Origin: Amoebophrya sp. A120
Taxonomy: Eukaryota > Protista > Dinoflagellata
DNA: 64,000 nucleotides
Assembly (NCBI GenBank): GCA_905178155.1
Contig: CAJINV010000007.1
Location: forward strand, 752,627-816,626
Direction: 5' to 3'
Shown here in pieces: positions 50,901-61,753 of this stretch; position 1 is the stretch's first letter, and each line of letters opens with the position of its first letter. A model generated the notes under the pieces. That model was not told the DNA's origin. It was given only the letters and a program-made list of their open reading frames with translations, and did no database searches. Position numbers and translations under genes: made by a program.

Positions 50901-53900
50901 CCGACATTTTTGCATTTGATATTCCGCGATCGACAAGGAGGCGCAGCAGCGGTGTACCAGTGTGTACTTGGTGGAAAAACGATATGAAAGCCTCAGGTTG
51001 GAAATCCTCAGAGTGGAAATAATTTGTAATGCAAAAAAACGACTCCAGTTGAAGCGCCATTTGTAGTCGGCGCATGACAAATTTCCCAGGCACTGAAAAC
51101 GTGTCTGTCATGCTACTTAGGCAAAGGAGTGCCCTTCTCTCGTGCTAATCAGCACTCCAAATCTTAACCCGTAGCAGGACAATACTCGGCTTCCATTGCA
51201 TCCTCTGCAATACAGTCTTTTTTGCGTCGCATTTCATGCATCACAAATTATTTCCACGTTGAGGATTTCCATTCTGAGGCTTTCATAAGCGAACGGACAT
51301 GCTGCCGAGTTTGTTGACGACGGATCTGTGCTCGTTGCGGGCGAACGTGGTGCGGCTGACGTTTAGCGTCTTGTGGGAAATGAATCTGGAAGATCCGACG
51401 CAAATTCGGAAGGTACGTATGCTTTTTATGCATGACACCATTGAGTTTCATGAAAATTGAAATTCAACTTGATATTCGTGTTCTTTGTGATCTACTTTCC
51501 GCATAACTCTGTGAAGAACTCCACGTCGAAACAACAAGTAGAACAAACTGATGACTCGTCCTCTTATATCGCAATGCTTTGTCATGATTTGCATTTGGTT
51601 GTGTTAATCAAGGCAAAGCTGATGCAAAATGGGATTCCCCTCCTGATTTTCTATAGTCCGACGTGGAACAAGATGAAGATAGAGAAAAATCTTTATCAGT
51701 ATACTACGAGGCGGTCCTGCTTCAAAATAAAGACAAGTTCTTGCCGTGTGCCTGCTTCGTTGATGAAGCTTTAAGCAGCTTTCGGATGGTGTACTATCGA
51801 AAATATCCCATGAACACCAAATTCTATGAATTCATCATTCTCAACACCAGGTCGAGTTTTGCAAGGCCATGATCAAATCCAAGGCCGCCCTCGCCTACGC
51901 TGACGCCCAGAACCGCATTAATGACAAGTCCGACACCACGGACTTAACTAAGTCCCTTCGGGCATTGAATGCCATTGCAAAGAAGCTACGAGAACAGAGA
52001 CGGAGAAACGGCGCGCTGGAACTTGCTTCGCAGGAGATGAGATTCGAGTTAGAATCCGAGACCCACGACCCGGTGTCCGTGTCCGCTTATGAACTGAAGG
52101 ATACTAATATCCACAGTAAATTTCCTGTACACGTACAAATGCAGTCTCTGCATGACAAAACTTGCCTTCAATCCTAGTGTAGCATGACAAGTTGTGCACT
52201 GCAAGTTAGCGAAATTTGTCATGCATTTTGTACATGTACAGGAAATTTACATTGCATAACTAACCGGATGGTGGAAGAGTTCATGCTTCTCGCGAACACG
52301 ACAGTCGCGGAGAAAATTCTAACCCATTTCTATCAAATGCAAGAATGTCTGGGTCTGGAAGAATGCAACTTGTGATGCTGCGTTTGGATTCCAAAAAAAT
52401 CTGTATTGCATGAGTAGCAAAGGGAATGCAATTTTTGCATACACTGAGAAGGCGTTTGTCATGCGGAATAGCCATCAAGAAGCCCTCAAAAAATCTGTAT
52501 TGCTAGGGTATGCATCACAGACATCATGGCTCATGCAAAACGTGCATGACAAGTGTCAGAATCTTCCAGACCCAGACATTTTTACAGTTGATAACTTCCC
52601 GAACTTTTCCATCCTGCGGCGGCACCCGACCCCGAAGCTGGACGCGTTGGAAAACTTGGAAAAATTGATCAAGAACACGCTCGGGGAGAACAGTGAATTT
52701 GAGTTCAAATTTCAAACCAACAAGCAGCTCGCGGATTCGCTTGATTCGCTGGGGAGGATGGATAATGTTAACTTGGGAAGGAGGACTACGAACAGAGCTG
52801 GTGGCGCATCAACAGGAGCTTCATCGTCATCTCCAAATATTAACGTGGCTAATCAGCAGAAGCAGAAGTTGGTGACCCAGCTGCTGCGCGTGTTGACGAC
52901 CCGGTGCATGAACCAAGCGACCTACTTCTGCACCGGGCAGATTGCGGATCGGAGTTTGTACAACCACTACGGGCTGGCCATGGCGTTATACACGCACTTT
53001 ACCAGTTATCCCACAAAAAAACTGTTTCAGTGTGATGATTTTGCAAGATCCGCATCACAAGTTTGCTACACATGACACAGAAAATTTGCCATGCGCGCTT
53101 TCCAAGGGAAAACACAGTGAAAAATCCAATGCCTTGCAGGTGTAGCAAGACAAATAGTTCTGTGTTCCATAATACGCATCACAAGTTCACAGTGAAACAG
53201 TTTTTTCTTGCGATACCAGTCCCATCCGACGTTATGCGGACGTGTTGGCGCATCGCCTACTCGCTTACGCCATTGGGTACGAGGGCTCGAGTAAGGTGGA
53301 GGAAATTCTTGTGCATAATCCGCAGGAACACCAACAGCAGGAAACAGCACAAAAAACCGCTGCAGGAGGAGAGGTTCATCTCTCGAAGAAGAAAAAGAAG
53401 CGGAAGGTAGCCGCGGATAAGGACAATGGAGATGGGACTACTATTGTCCGAGCAGAACAACAAACTACATCAACCGGTGAGTCCGAGGACCCTGCAACGC
53501 AGTTAAACAAAATGATTCTCCCCGACCAACTGTCCAAAGACCGCATGACCGAGCAGTTATGCATTGCAAATATATAATCTGGGTGTGGGAAGTTGTGATG
53601 CAAGTCTACGATTGCTGGACGCTCTTTAATATGCAGCCACGCATGACAAATTTTTGAGGTCCTATTTGTTGCGTATCTCGCATGGCAAATGGCGTTTTTG
53701 CATGACAGGCAAGAGATGCTTTTCCTACTCATAACATGCATCACAGATTTAAGAGGCATGCCAGACAAGCATGACAAACTTGCACCCTTCGAGACCCAGA
53801 CATATTTGCAGTGCATAGCAGTGCGAGCGCATCAATTTGAAACACCGCATGGCCCAGTGGTCCGGGCGTATCCTGAGTAAAAGCGTCCCCACACCAGAGT

Positions 53901-54780
53901 TGTCATGCAGATTTGCAATGACAGGAACATTTGTAATGCGCATCGCCAGGAGAGGCGTTTTTAGTCGTGTTTTGAAATTTGTAATGCTGTAAACAGGACG
54001 ACCAGATGGATTTCTGATGCAGCTGGCCTTGCGAACCTGCACTACGCTACAGACTGCAACTTGTAATGCGTGACCCCCAAAAGTTCCAGGTTTGTGTTGA
54101 AAAATCTCCATCTTGATTCTGGTATGGGGATGTTTTTACTCAGGATAGGGCGAGCGAGTTCGCAACTGCACACGTATCTCTACTTCCAGAAACGCGGGAA
54201 GGTGGAGCACGAGCTGGCGATTGTGATGCGGATCCAGTCGGAAAAACAGATCTTCGTGAACATCCCGAAGTACGGCGTGGAAGCGGCGGTCTGGAAGGGC
54301 CTGGGGGAGGAGAACGGGTGGAGGATTTGTGGTTCTTCGTCGTCAAATGGGATGACGTGCATCGCAAATTCGAATTCGTCCGAGAAGTTGGCCGTCTTGG
54401 ACCAGGTTTTGGTTTCCATCGAGGCGGATGATTTGGATTTTCGGAACAAAGTGCTGGTGACATTTGAGAAGAAAGTGGCGGAGGATCATCCTCATGCTGG
54501 TCGTGAAGCAGGAAGTAGTAGTTCTATTGCGGGACGAGCAGAAGATGAAGATGCAACAATTCCGATATCATCTTCGAATCACGCGATCACTTCAAGTTCA
54601 TCTTCGAAGATGAAAAAAGTAGGAAAAAAGATGAACAAAAAGAAGACCACCACCAGCAGTACAACTGTTTCCGATTCCAATTTGGCAGCTCGAGATGCAA
54701 TGCAGGCGTTTGAAAGGGAGAAGCGGAGGATCCAGAAGGAAATGTTTCCGGATCAGATCACGGAGAAACCGGGAGTGTAA
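47902..54780 (+). CDS. DIS3: Exosome exoribonuclease DIS3/RRP44 (12 exons: 10 introners and 1 GT-AG intron)
   Basis: [11 protein letters not shown]; [10 protein letters not shown]; [15 protein letters not shown]; [12 protein letters not shown]; [13 protein letters not shown]; ILRRHP; [25 protein letters not shown]; [15 protein letters not shown], all in one frame after splicing. Confidence 0.96.
49112..49269. mobile_element. Introner, family H
   Basis: Family-H TIR; DR aactg. Confidence 0.92.
49917..50207. mobile_element. Introner, family B
   Basis: Family-B TIR; DR ggagt. Confidence 0.92.
50292..50457. mobile_element. Introner, family D
   Basis: Family-D TIR; DR tctga. Confidence 0.92.
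50666..50921. mobile_element. Introner, family A
   Basis: Family-A TIR; DR ttccg. Confidence 0.92.
50983..51287. mobile_element. Introner, family F variant
   Basis: tatgaaagcctcag...ggaaatcctca / tgaggatttcc...ctgaggctttcata; DR aacga/agcga. Confidence 0.92.
51413..51850 (+). other. Canonical GT-AG intron in DIS3
   Basis: aag|gtacgt...caccag|gtc joins QIRK|[11 protein letters not shown]. Confidence 0.88.
52108..52258. mobile_element. Introner, family H
   Basis: Family-H TIR; DR actaa. Confidence 0.92.
52331..52593. mobile_element. Introner, family A
   Basis: Family-A TIR; DR atttc/acttc. Confidence 0.92.
53007..53215. mobile_element. Introner, family E
   Basis: Family-E TIR; DR ccagt; splits HFTS|PIRRY. 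Confidence 0.95.
53558..53817. mobile_element. Introner, family A
   Basis: tatgcattgcaaatat / atatttgcagtgcata; DR gcagt. Confidence 0.92.
53869..54147. mobile_element. Introner, family B
   Basis: Family-B TIR; DR gggcg. Confidence 0.92.
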
Positions 54781-55040
54781 AAAAAGTTGACTGAATGTTG
54801 GAAAGGGACAGTACTATGTGATGATGCGCGGAATTATTTCTGGTTGATCGATTGACTACGAACAAGAATAAATGCACGATAGTCGTGTTTTTTCTGTCTT
54901 GCTTAACACAACAAGCACAAGGGCGCCACGACGTGCAAAGCGGCACTTGCAATGCGGTGGAACAAGAGCACTTGGCCGAAGTCTTCTTCTTCATCCAGGT
55001 CCTTCTGTGTTCGAACGCTAGCTTTTCTGGTCATAGGGGC

Positions 55041-55112
55041 TTAGGAAAATTCGAACATTGTATACTGCTGATGGTCGGTTAGGAACATTCGAACACTGTA
55101 TACTACTGACGG
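55041..55112. repeat. 38-bp-period direct repeat, 2 copies
   Basis: ttaggaa(a/c)attcgaaca(t/c)tgtatact(g/a)ctga(t/c)gg at 55041 and 55079. Confidence 0.8.
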
Positions 55113-55407
55113 CTTAATAGGAAGAGACAATGCTGATGCTCGGTATCTGTATAGACATATTCACAATTATGGACTCTGAGTAGCGCGTAGCGGTTCGTTT
55201 GAGTTCCAATTTTGAGAGCGGTATTAGATCGTGTTCGTTTTGTTCCCAGTGTTCTCGTAGAGTATTTGCCGGGGTCTGGTACACGCATCCGGGGTATAAA
55301 CAACGTGTCCATAATCCTTTAATCCTAATCGCTAATCCTAGTCGTATTCGCAATCATAATCAAAAATTTTCTTTTTACAAGATTTTTTAAAGCATTATAA
55401 TAAAATT

Positions 55408-56475
55408 ATGAAATTTTACTACTATTCGCAAATCCGCCTAATCCTCCTGTCTGTGCTGTGCCGCATCATCCTCGACTCGTGGTTCTTGGGCATCTTCACG
55501 GCGTTCGCCAATTATGCCCTGATGCAAAATGCGGAGGCTTGCAGGTTTGGAGCGAAAATGATGGCGCTACTCGGAATCGGTTCCGAACTGAGCGTCGCCA
55601 TCCGCTTCATCCAGCGGAACGTGCGCGAAGTCGGCACCGCGGTGGCAGACGGATTCCACACGTTAATCGACCCGCTTAATCAAATCGCTAATCAACTGCA
55701 ACAAATTGGTGTTGCGGTCGTTTTCCTAATGGAAAAAATCGGCATGCTCGTGGAAGCGATCGACACGCATAACAAAATCGCACAGAAAGCGGTCGACGAC
55801 ATTGCTGCCGATCGGGCGAAGCGTCTGGCCGCGACGTCTTCTTCGGGAGTCAAGCAGTCCAGCTCGTGCCCGCCCCGCACGTCCAACAACAACGGTGGAG
55901 GCAACAGCAAGTGGGCGGCGGGCAGTAACCCGGCCCGCTTCAAAGGGAATCGTAATCGCAGTACTAATGGTAATCGTAATCGCAACTCGAAATCTAATCA
56001 CTCCAGTTCGGGCAGCGCGTCTTCCAGTGCGGGTAGCGCGTGCCGCAACTGCTTTTTGGGGTCGGGTCCCGAGCAGACCGGCAAAGGTTCCGCTGCGAAA
56101 TCTGCTTCGGCTCTCTCCAACTGGGACGTCCACTGCAGCAAGCAGAAGGCTGCGGCGAACCTCTCCAAGTACGAACGCGGATCCGCTTGTAATGTTTTTC
56201 ACTGGTTTACTCCATTCGCAATCGCTCACGTAGTCCTTTCGAATATTCGTATGTAGTCTCAGTAGGCCTATTCTCAAATCGATATGGTAAACATTCTACC
56301 AACCAATCCAGGCGTGACGGTGAAGACCGTGACTGAGCCCGAACGGTTTTCGGATGCCGAGGTCGGCGACGTCTTCTGCAAGACTTTGCGGACCATGAAA
56401 ATCGGGGCCACGTACAGCTACGGCCGCTACACCCGGAAGGGAGGCGTCGACGTCGCGTACGAGTCCGACTGCTAA
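55408..56475 (+). CDS. Unknown protein with coiled-coil-like and Asn/Ser-rich regions; probable GT-AG intron at 56189-56311
   Basis: 282-aa ORF joins in phase to the 56284 ORF (ERGSA|CVTVKTV). Confidence 0.55.
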
Positions 56476-56802
56476 TCATCAGCACAGCGCAGTCGCTAGC
56501 AACCTCAAAGGAGGTCAATGCAAGGGCGACAGTTTTGAAACCAGTGACAATTTTGAGATATGTAGTGCGTTGCTTCACATTGCGAAACACAACAATCATT
56601 AGTCCGATGAAACTCGAAGATATTCAATATAGTCCTACGTGTATGATCGCATTCTCTCGCTGAGCCAACGCGCAAGCAAATAGCATTAATCTCCTCTCAT
56701 TCAAGCTGCGAGCAGCATAGTATTCTAGTACGAGTTCGCGCGTCCTCCGCGTGTTTTGCAGTTTTTGTCCGACCCGAGTCACACCATAATCGACACAGCA
56801 AA

Positions 56803-57423
56803 ATGCCTAGGATCCTACTGTATCTCGGAAGATACATTCGCTCCCAGGCGGGCAATCTGCTTTTCCACGAAGGAGTCGATATTCTCCCCGTTCCGAAAAA
56901 AGAAAAGATGGTGGCGGACAATCACCAGTGCCTGAACTACCAGGCGAACACCGAGAACATCCAGGTGACCGCCAAGCTAGCGGGCGAAATTAGTCGCCTG
57001 CACTGCGCTATGAAGCAGCTGCCGGGCTTCGATTTCGGAATCGCCACCATCATCCTCTTTAGTACCCGCTGCGCGTGCGTGGTCATTGCGGAGTGGGCCG
57101 ACCTCTTAGAATTGCACATCCAACAGCTGGCGTTCTCCAAAGCGAGCGACAACGTGCAGCCCCCGGCGGAAGCCGCGTTAGTCGCCCGTATCAATACCGA
57201 GCTGGGGAACATCCGGGTCGACGCCAAAGCGAATGCCAAGGGCCGGGAGCTGCTGACGAACTTTCCGATCATGCTGTTGCCGCCCTGGTTCGCGGCGCAG
57301 AAGTGCAAACTGGTGTTCGCGCAGGACTGGAAGCAGCTGCTCGTCGAAGCCTTTCACCCGTCGCAGAACGGAGTGCCGCGCAACAGCGCCGGCATGCACT
57401 ACCTCGAGAAAGTCATTTTTTGA
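56803..57423 (+). CDS. Unknown protein or exon
   Basis: 206-aa ORF with G/C-ending codons and AT-richer flanks. Confidence 0.5.
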   Translation: MPRILLYLGRYIRSQAGNLLFHEGVDILPVPKKEKMVADNHQCLNYQANTENIQVTAKLAGEISRLHCAMKQLPGFDFGIATIILFSTRCACVVIAEWADLLELHIQQLAFSKASDNVQPPAEAALVARINTELGNIRVDAKANAKGRELLTNFPIMLLPPWFAAQKCKLVFAQDWKQLLVEAFHPSQNGVPRNSAGMHYLEKVIF

Positions 57424-57797
57424 GTGCTTGCAGTGCTTGTCCGAGGTGGTTAAGGAAATAAGACCGCTAGGCGGCTTCCTGAGCCTGTTGCACTTGTTGC
57501 CACGTACAGTAAGACCGCATGCCGCGGCAAAAAAATCGTGAAGATCGCACACATAGCTTCCGTTTGACGGCATAGCATGAGTGTAACTGTACGATCCAGA
57601 CAAACAAATTGCAATGTAGCAAAACAAACTGTTCTCCGCAGCGGCCTTCTGTTCGGTGTCCGTTTTAGCCAACGTGCAAAAGGATCCACAGTATTGTCAA
57701 AGTCTAGTCCAAAACTCATCATAATTCCTGCCCCACTCACAAACCTAAGACACATTTATTCTCCACTAGCCAACGCGCAGTGACATAACGCCAAAGA

Positions 57798-58496
57798 GTG
57801 TTCATCTTGATCAAAAAAGTCTTCGCCTCGTTGTGGCGCGGCTTGGTCGGCAGTGAGCACCAAGTTATCGCACGCCCCGCGACGGTCGAAATTAATCGGA
57901 ATAATCTAATCTTCGCTTTGCCCGGAGTCTCCCGGCAAACCGCAATCATCGGCCGCGGCCTCGCAGTGCAGTCCGCGGCACGGCACCAGGTGGGCGAAGG
58001 TACGTTCGCGTACACGGTGACCACGCGTAACAACCTGGCAATCGCGCAGGTGGTTAGTCGGGCAATCTCCTGGCGCGTTCTGGAAGGCGCGTGGGCGGCG
58101 ATCTGTAACCATTTTTTCGCAAGGGCATCCGATCTGCTCGAGCGCCGCCTGCTGCGGGAACTCACGCTACGGAAAGCGACGCTCCAATCTGTCCGGGACT
58201 TGCAGACGGCGGTGGACTTCATGATCGCCCTCGCAGCCTCCCCGCAGTGCGGCGAAACGATCCTCCCCCACGTCGGAATTCCCCAATTTTCCAACGCGAC
58301 GCTGATGGGTGAAGGGCGTACGCACCCGGGCGCGACGCACTTGTTTGCTATGATCTGTCAGATCAAAGCAATGTTCTCCGAGTTCGTAGTCGTGTACAGT
58401 CGTGGCAATCGCCGCTTTCGCAATCTGCGTAGCTTCTTGAACGACTCGGACGAGGACAGCGATGACCAGTTGGTCACCGAGCCGGAGTCCGAGTAG
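57798..58496 (+). CDS. Unknown protein or exon
   Basis: 232-aa ORF with G/C-ending codons and an acidic tail. Confidence 0.5.
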   Translation: MFILIKKVFASLWRGLVGSEHQVIARPATVEINRNNLIFALPGVSRQTAIIGRGLAVQSAARHQVGEGTFAYTVTTRNNLAIAQVVSRAISWRVLEGAWAAICNHFFARASDLLERRLLRELTLRKATLQSVRDLQTAVDFMIALAASPQCGETILPHVGIPQFSNATLMGEGRTHPGATHLFAMICQIKAMFSEFVVVYSRGNRRFRNLRSFLNDSDEDSDDQLVTEPESE

Positions 58497-59036
58497 ACTT
58501 GCTCCATGAGTAGCCGCATGCAAGCTGTAAGTCAGCTCTAAAATTTCTGTTTTTGTTTCCTCGGCAACGAAATGGAAAATATTCATAATTCCGAACTGAG
58601 TGAGAGAAGCACAGCTGCAGCTGGTGCGCCGTTTCTGCTTGTTCACATACTCCCACCCGACAAAGGGCGTGCAAAACAATACTTACTTCTCGAGACTAAC
58701 CGCAATTCAACCCGCACGTAATCACCATTCAGGCTAATCAGGATGAAACTCAGTGAAGATACTCTCTACGTACGGTTGTCGAAGTGTGAAGTTCATACGA
58801 CCGGCAATCCTTTGTACGCGTGCGTTCAACTGTTTACTCCCCCTTTGGCAATCTACCACTCCAGCCACATCGTGGCCAGCGAGTTTTTCAAAAGCAAAAT
58901 CTTCCCAATCGCCGACGGACTACTGTTCGCATTGGACCACTACTTCGCAAAACAGAGCCTGTGGTTGAATTATGTATTTTGTGAAGTTTTGAAAGGTCTG
59001 AAAAACGCAACCTCAAGCACTAATCAAAAATCGATC

Positions 59037-59764
59037 ATGGTCGACGGCGGTGAGCAACAGCAGCAGCCCGGGGGCGGTGACCAGGGCCAGCAGCAGCAGC
59101 CAGCACTGCAAGTTGTTTTCGGAGTCGACCCGTCGCAATGGACGCCGCTCGAAAACTACACGTGCGCGATGTGCAGGTGCAGCAAGTCGAAAGACGAGTT
59201 CGCACAAATATGCAAATTTTCGCAAAATTGTCCGACGGCAGTCTGCAAGACCTGCTCCGACAAGAAAGGGAAACCGACCATGTAATCTTAAAATTTTTCT
59301 GTTGTGTACTCAAGTCGCGTAGTAGTCCTCTATTCGAACTACCTTTAGGCACTTCTTCTTCTAGTCTCGATGTAATTTTATCCGCTCGACAAATCAGGAA
59401 GGAATGGTGGTCGTATTACGATGAGTCATCGGCCTGCGCGTGTCAGTGCAACACCTGTAAAGCAGAACAGACGTCCGAAGTAGCAAACCTCGTGGAAGAC
59501 GCATTGAACAAATCTTCCGGAGATAAATCGCGTATCAATGAAATTTGCGTCGAATGCGACTGGTTTCCGGAGTGGTGCCAAATGGACGACGAAGTCAAGC
59601 TGGATGCAATCGGTGATATCAAGCGCCCCCTGTTCTCCACGGACGACCATTCCTCGCAAATGACGGATACGCAAATTATGGCGCGTGCGTCGCTCAAGAA
59701 CGGCACAAACGACGAACACCTGAAGAAAGCACTGAAAAAGGCGAAGAAGAAGAACGCGGAGTAA
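59037..59764 (+). CDS. Cys-rich Zn-finger-like protein; probable GT-AG intron at 59282-59397
   Basis: CAMC...CKTC and CQCNTC...CVEC; splice gives KGKPTM|KEWWSYY in frame. Confidence 0.55.
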
Positions 59765-60328
59765 TTAATTTTGCTTGGGCATCACCTTCGCATCTAATCT
59801 TTCCAAGAGTAATCCACTTTTGCATAACCTTAGTCCTTCGGTAGTCGACATCTTGGCACGTGTTAATCTCATCAATTTACTACAGGCATTGGTGTTTTAA
59901 AGACCTCTTATTCGGACAAGGAGGCAGTGCATTCGTGTGCCGCGCGTGGTTAGAAAAAGTGGGATCGTTCTACAAAGCAAAAGGACCAGCCGGACGGGCA
60001 ACGTGGGTTTGCTGTTGCCACTTTCTATTTATCTTGAATTTTTTGATAGATCAATGGAATTGGACGGCCCCCAAAGCGGAACAAAAGAAGCTGGCAGTCT
60101 CGCAGATGACGAACATCCCCATGAACGTGCTCTACAGCATCTACCACACCTTCCGCGCCTTCCACAAGGAGGTACTCAACCCGTGGCGATCGTACTCTTG
60201 CAATCTTATTTCTTGTTAGTCCATTCCAAATATTCGATAATCGTTTCCTATTCCACTCTTGCAGCCAGCGTGTGCTTTGTAGTCTATAGCCAATCCCTAT
60301 TCTAATTGGGCAGCCAGCGTGCGCCTTT

Positions 60329-61233
60329 TTGTCCTTTGATTATAAAGAATTTCAATCAAAACTTCAGGTGAAATTTCGTTGCGAAGTGAAGCAGAGCAGA
60401 TTGACTCTTTGGCAGATGCATTATGCACCCAAATATGTCATGGCTTCCTGCAATAATCTCGCAAACACGAAAACCCTCTTGGCCATGTTGGACACGCAAG
60501 CCACGCGAAACCAGCAGAACAAGAAAGGCAAGCAGAACAACAACCCCTTCCAGGACGGGGGCGGTAACGGCAGTCGTAACAACAACAATAATAACAACAG
60601 CGGCGCTTCGTCGTCGAGCGGAGCTAATCGCAACAACAACAACAATAATCGTAACAATCGCTCCCGCTCGCGTGGCCGCAACAACAACAACAAGAACAAC
60701 CAGTTGCTGCAGGGTTCGGGCAAGACCGGTAAGTGGAGCGCCAACAACAGTGGCAAGTACGCGAGCAAGAAAATGACCGATCGGGAAGTTTTCATTGCGA
60801 TCAAGAACTGCAAGAGCAAGTAAGTTCCCACTTTGTTTACTCTAACTCTTAATCCGCGTTGCAGCCAACGCACGCAACCCCCTTATTCCATCTCATGACA
60901 TAATCTGGTCCGTTGTAGCCAACGTGCGCACTGACTTTAATCCCCAAAAGAAAAACTTCTATCCAATCCAGGGAATCAGCCGCTGAATTGTGCAACCACG
61001 TGTGCGACGGGCCGGGCCGCAATGCTTCGGCGTTGCGCCGCTTTTTTCGCGAAGACAAGACGGCGCGCAAGAACTGCTGGCTCTGCGGTTTCGGATGGGA
61101 AGCCCACAACCACGACGAATACGGATACACCGCGTGCCGCGACGCCGGAAGCGAGTGCTGCGCCCCCTGTGATTTGTGCCGCAACGGAGCAATCCACTGG
61201 AGAACCGAGTGCAAGCACTACAAGAAGAAGTAA
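60329..61233 (+). CDS. Gag-like Asn/Arg-rich protein with a CCHC-type zinc knuckle; GT-AG intron at 60820-60971 (start uncertain)
   Basis: aa|gtaagt...caatccag|g joins NCKSK|ESAAELCNH; CDLCRNGAIHWRTEC is CX2CX5HX4C. Confidence 0.6.
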
Positions 61234-61753
61234 TCATTTAGTCGAGAACAAAGAATCAGTTGCTATTTGTTTCTAATGAACCAGCGGCGCATCGGTAGTC
61301 CAATGTATTTTGTATCAAAAAATTTCCAGCTGTCAATCTAAGTTACAGCACGCTTACGGCCGCTGCCTCGCTTTTTGTTTACGTCGCGATGATTCGACTT
61401 TCTTGTAGAAATCAACAAAAAACTCAAACTCATTTTATTGTCCGCCAAGCAGACAGCACAATAATCGCATCCAAGTTGACGAACGACGGCGCAGGACTTC
61501 TATCAGCGCATTCTGTGGCTTTTTGTTCGATGAGTGAGAGAGCGTGCGAGAGATGCAAATGGGCGAGGGGAGAGAGTGTGTGTTGCAAACCGATACACAA
61601 TCTTGGCACAGCGCCTCTTGCTGCTCCAACTACTCATCGTCCTACATAGCGCTGGTATGAAGTCAAAAGAAGATGTATAATAATCTGAGTTATGGTTTGA
61701 AGCGAGCTGCACCGCAGCCGCGTCTTAATCCCGCATAGAGAGCACAGGCTTTC

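Noticed and set aside
47902-54780. DIS3 as a transposon-riddled pseudogene, or an alternative genetic code
   Set aside because: All exons join without stops or frameshifts under the standard code, and the RNB catalytic motifs are intact.
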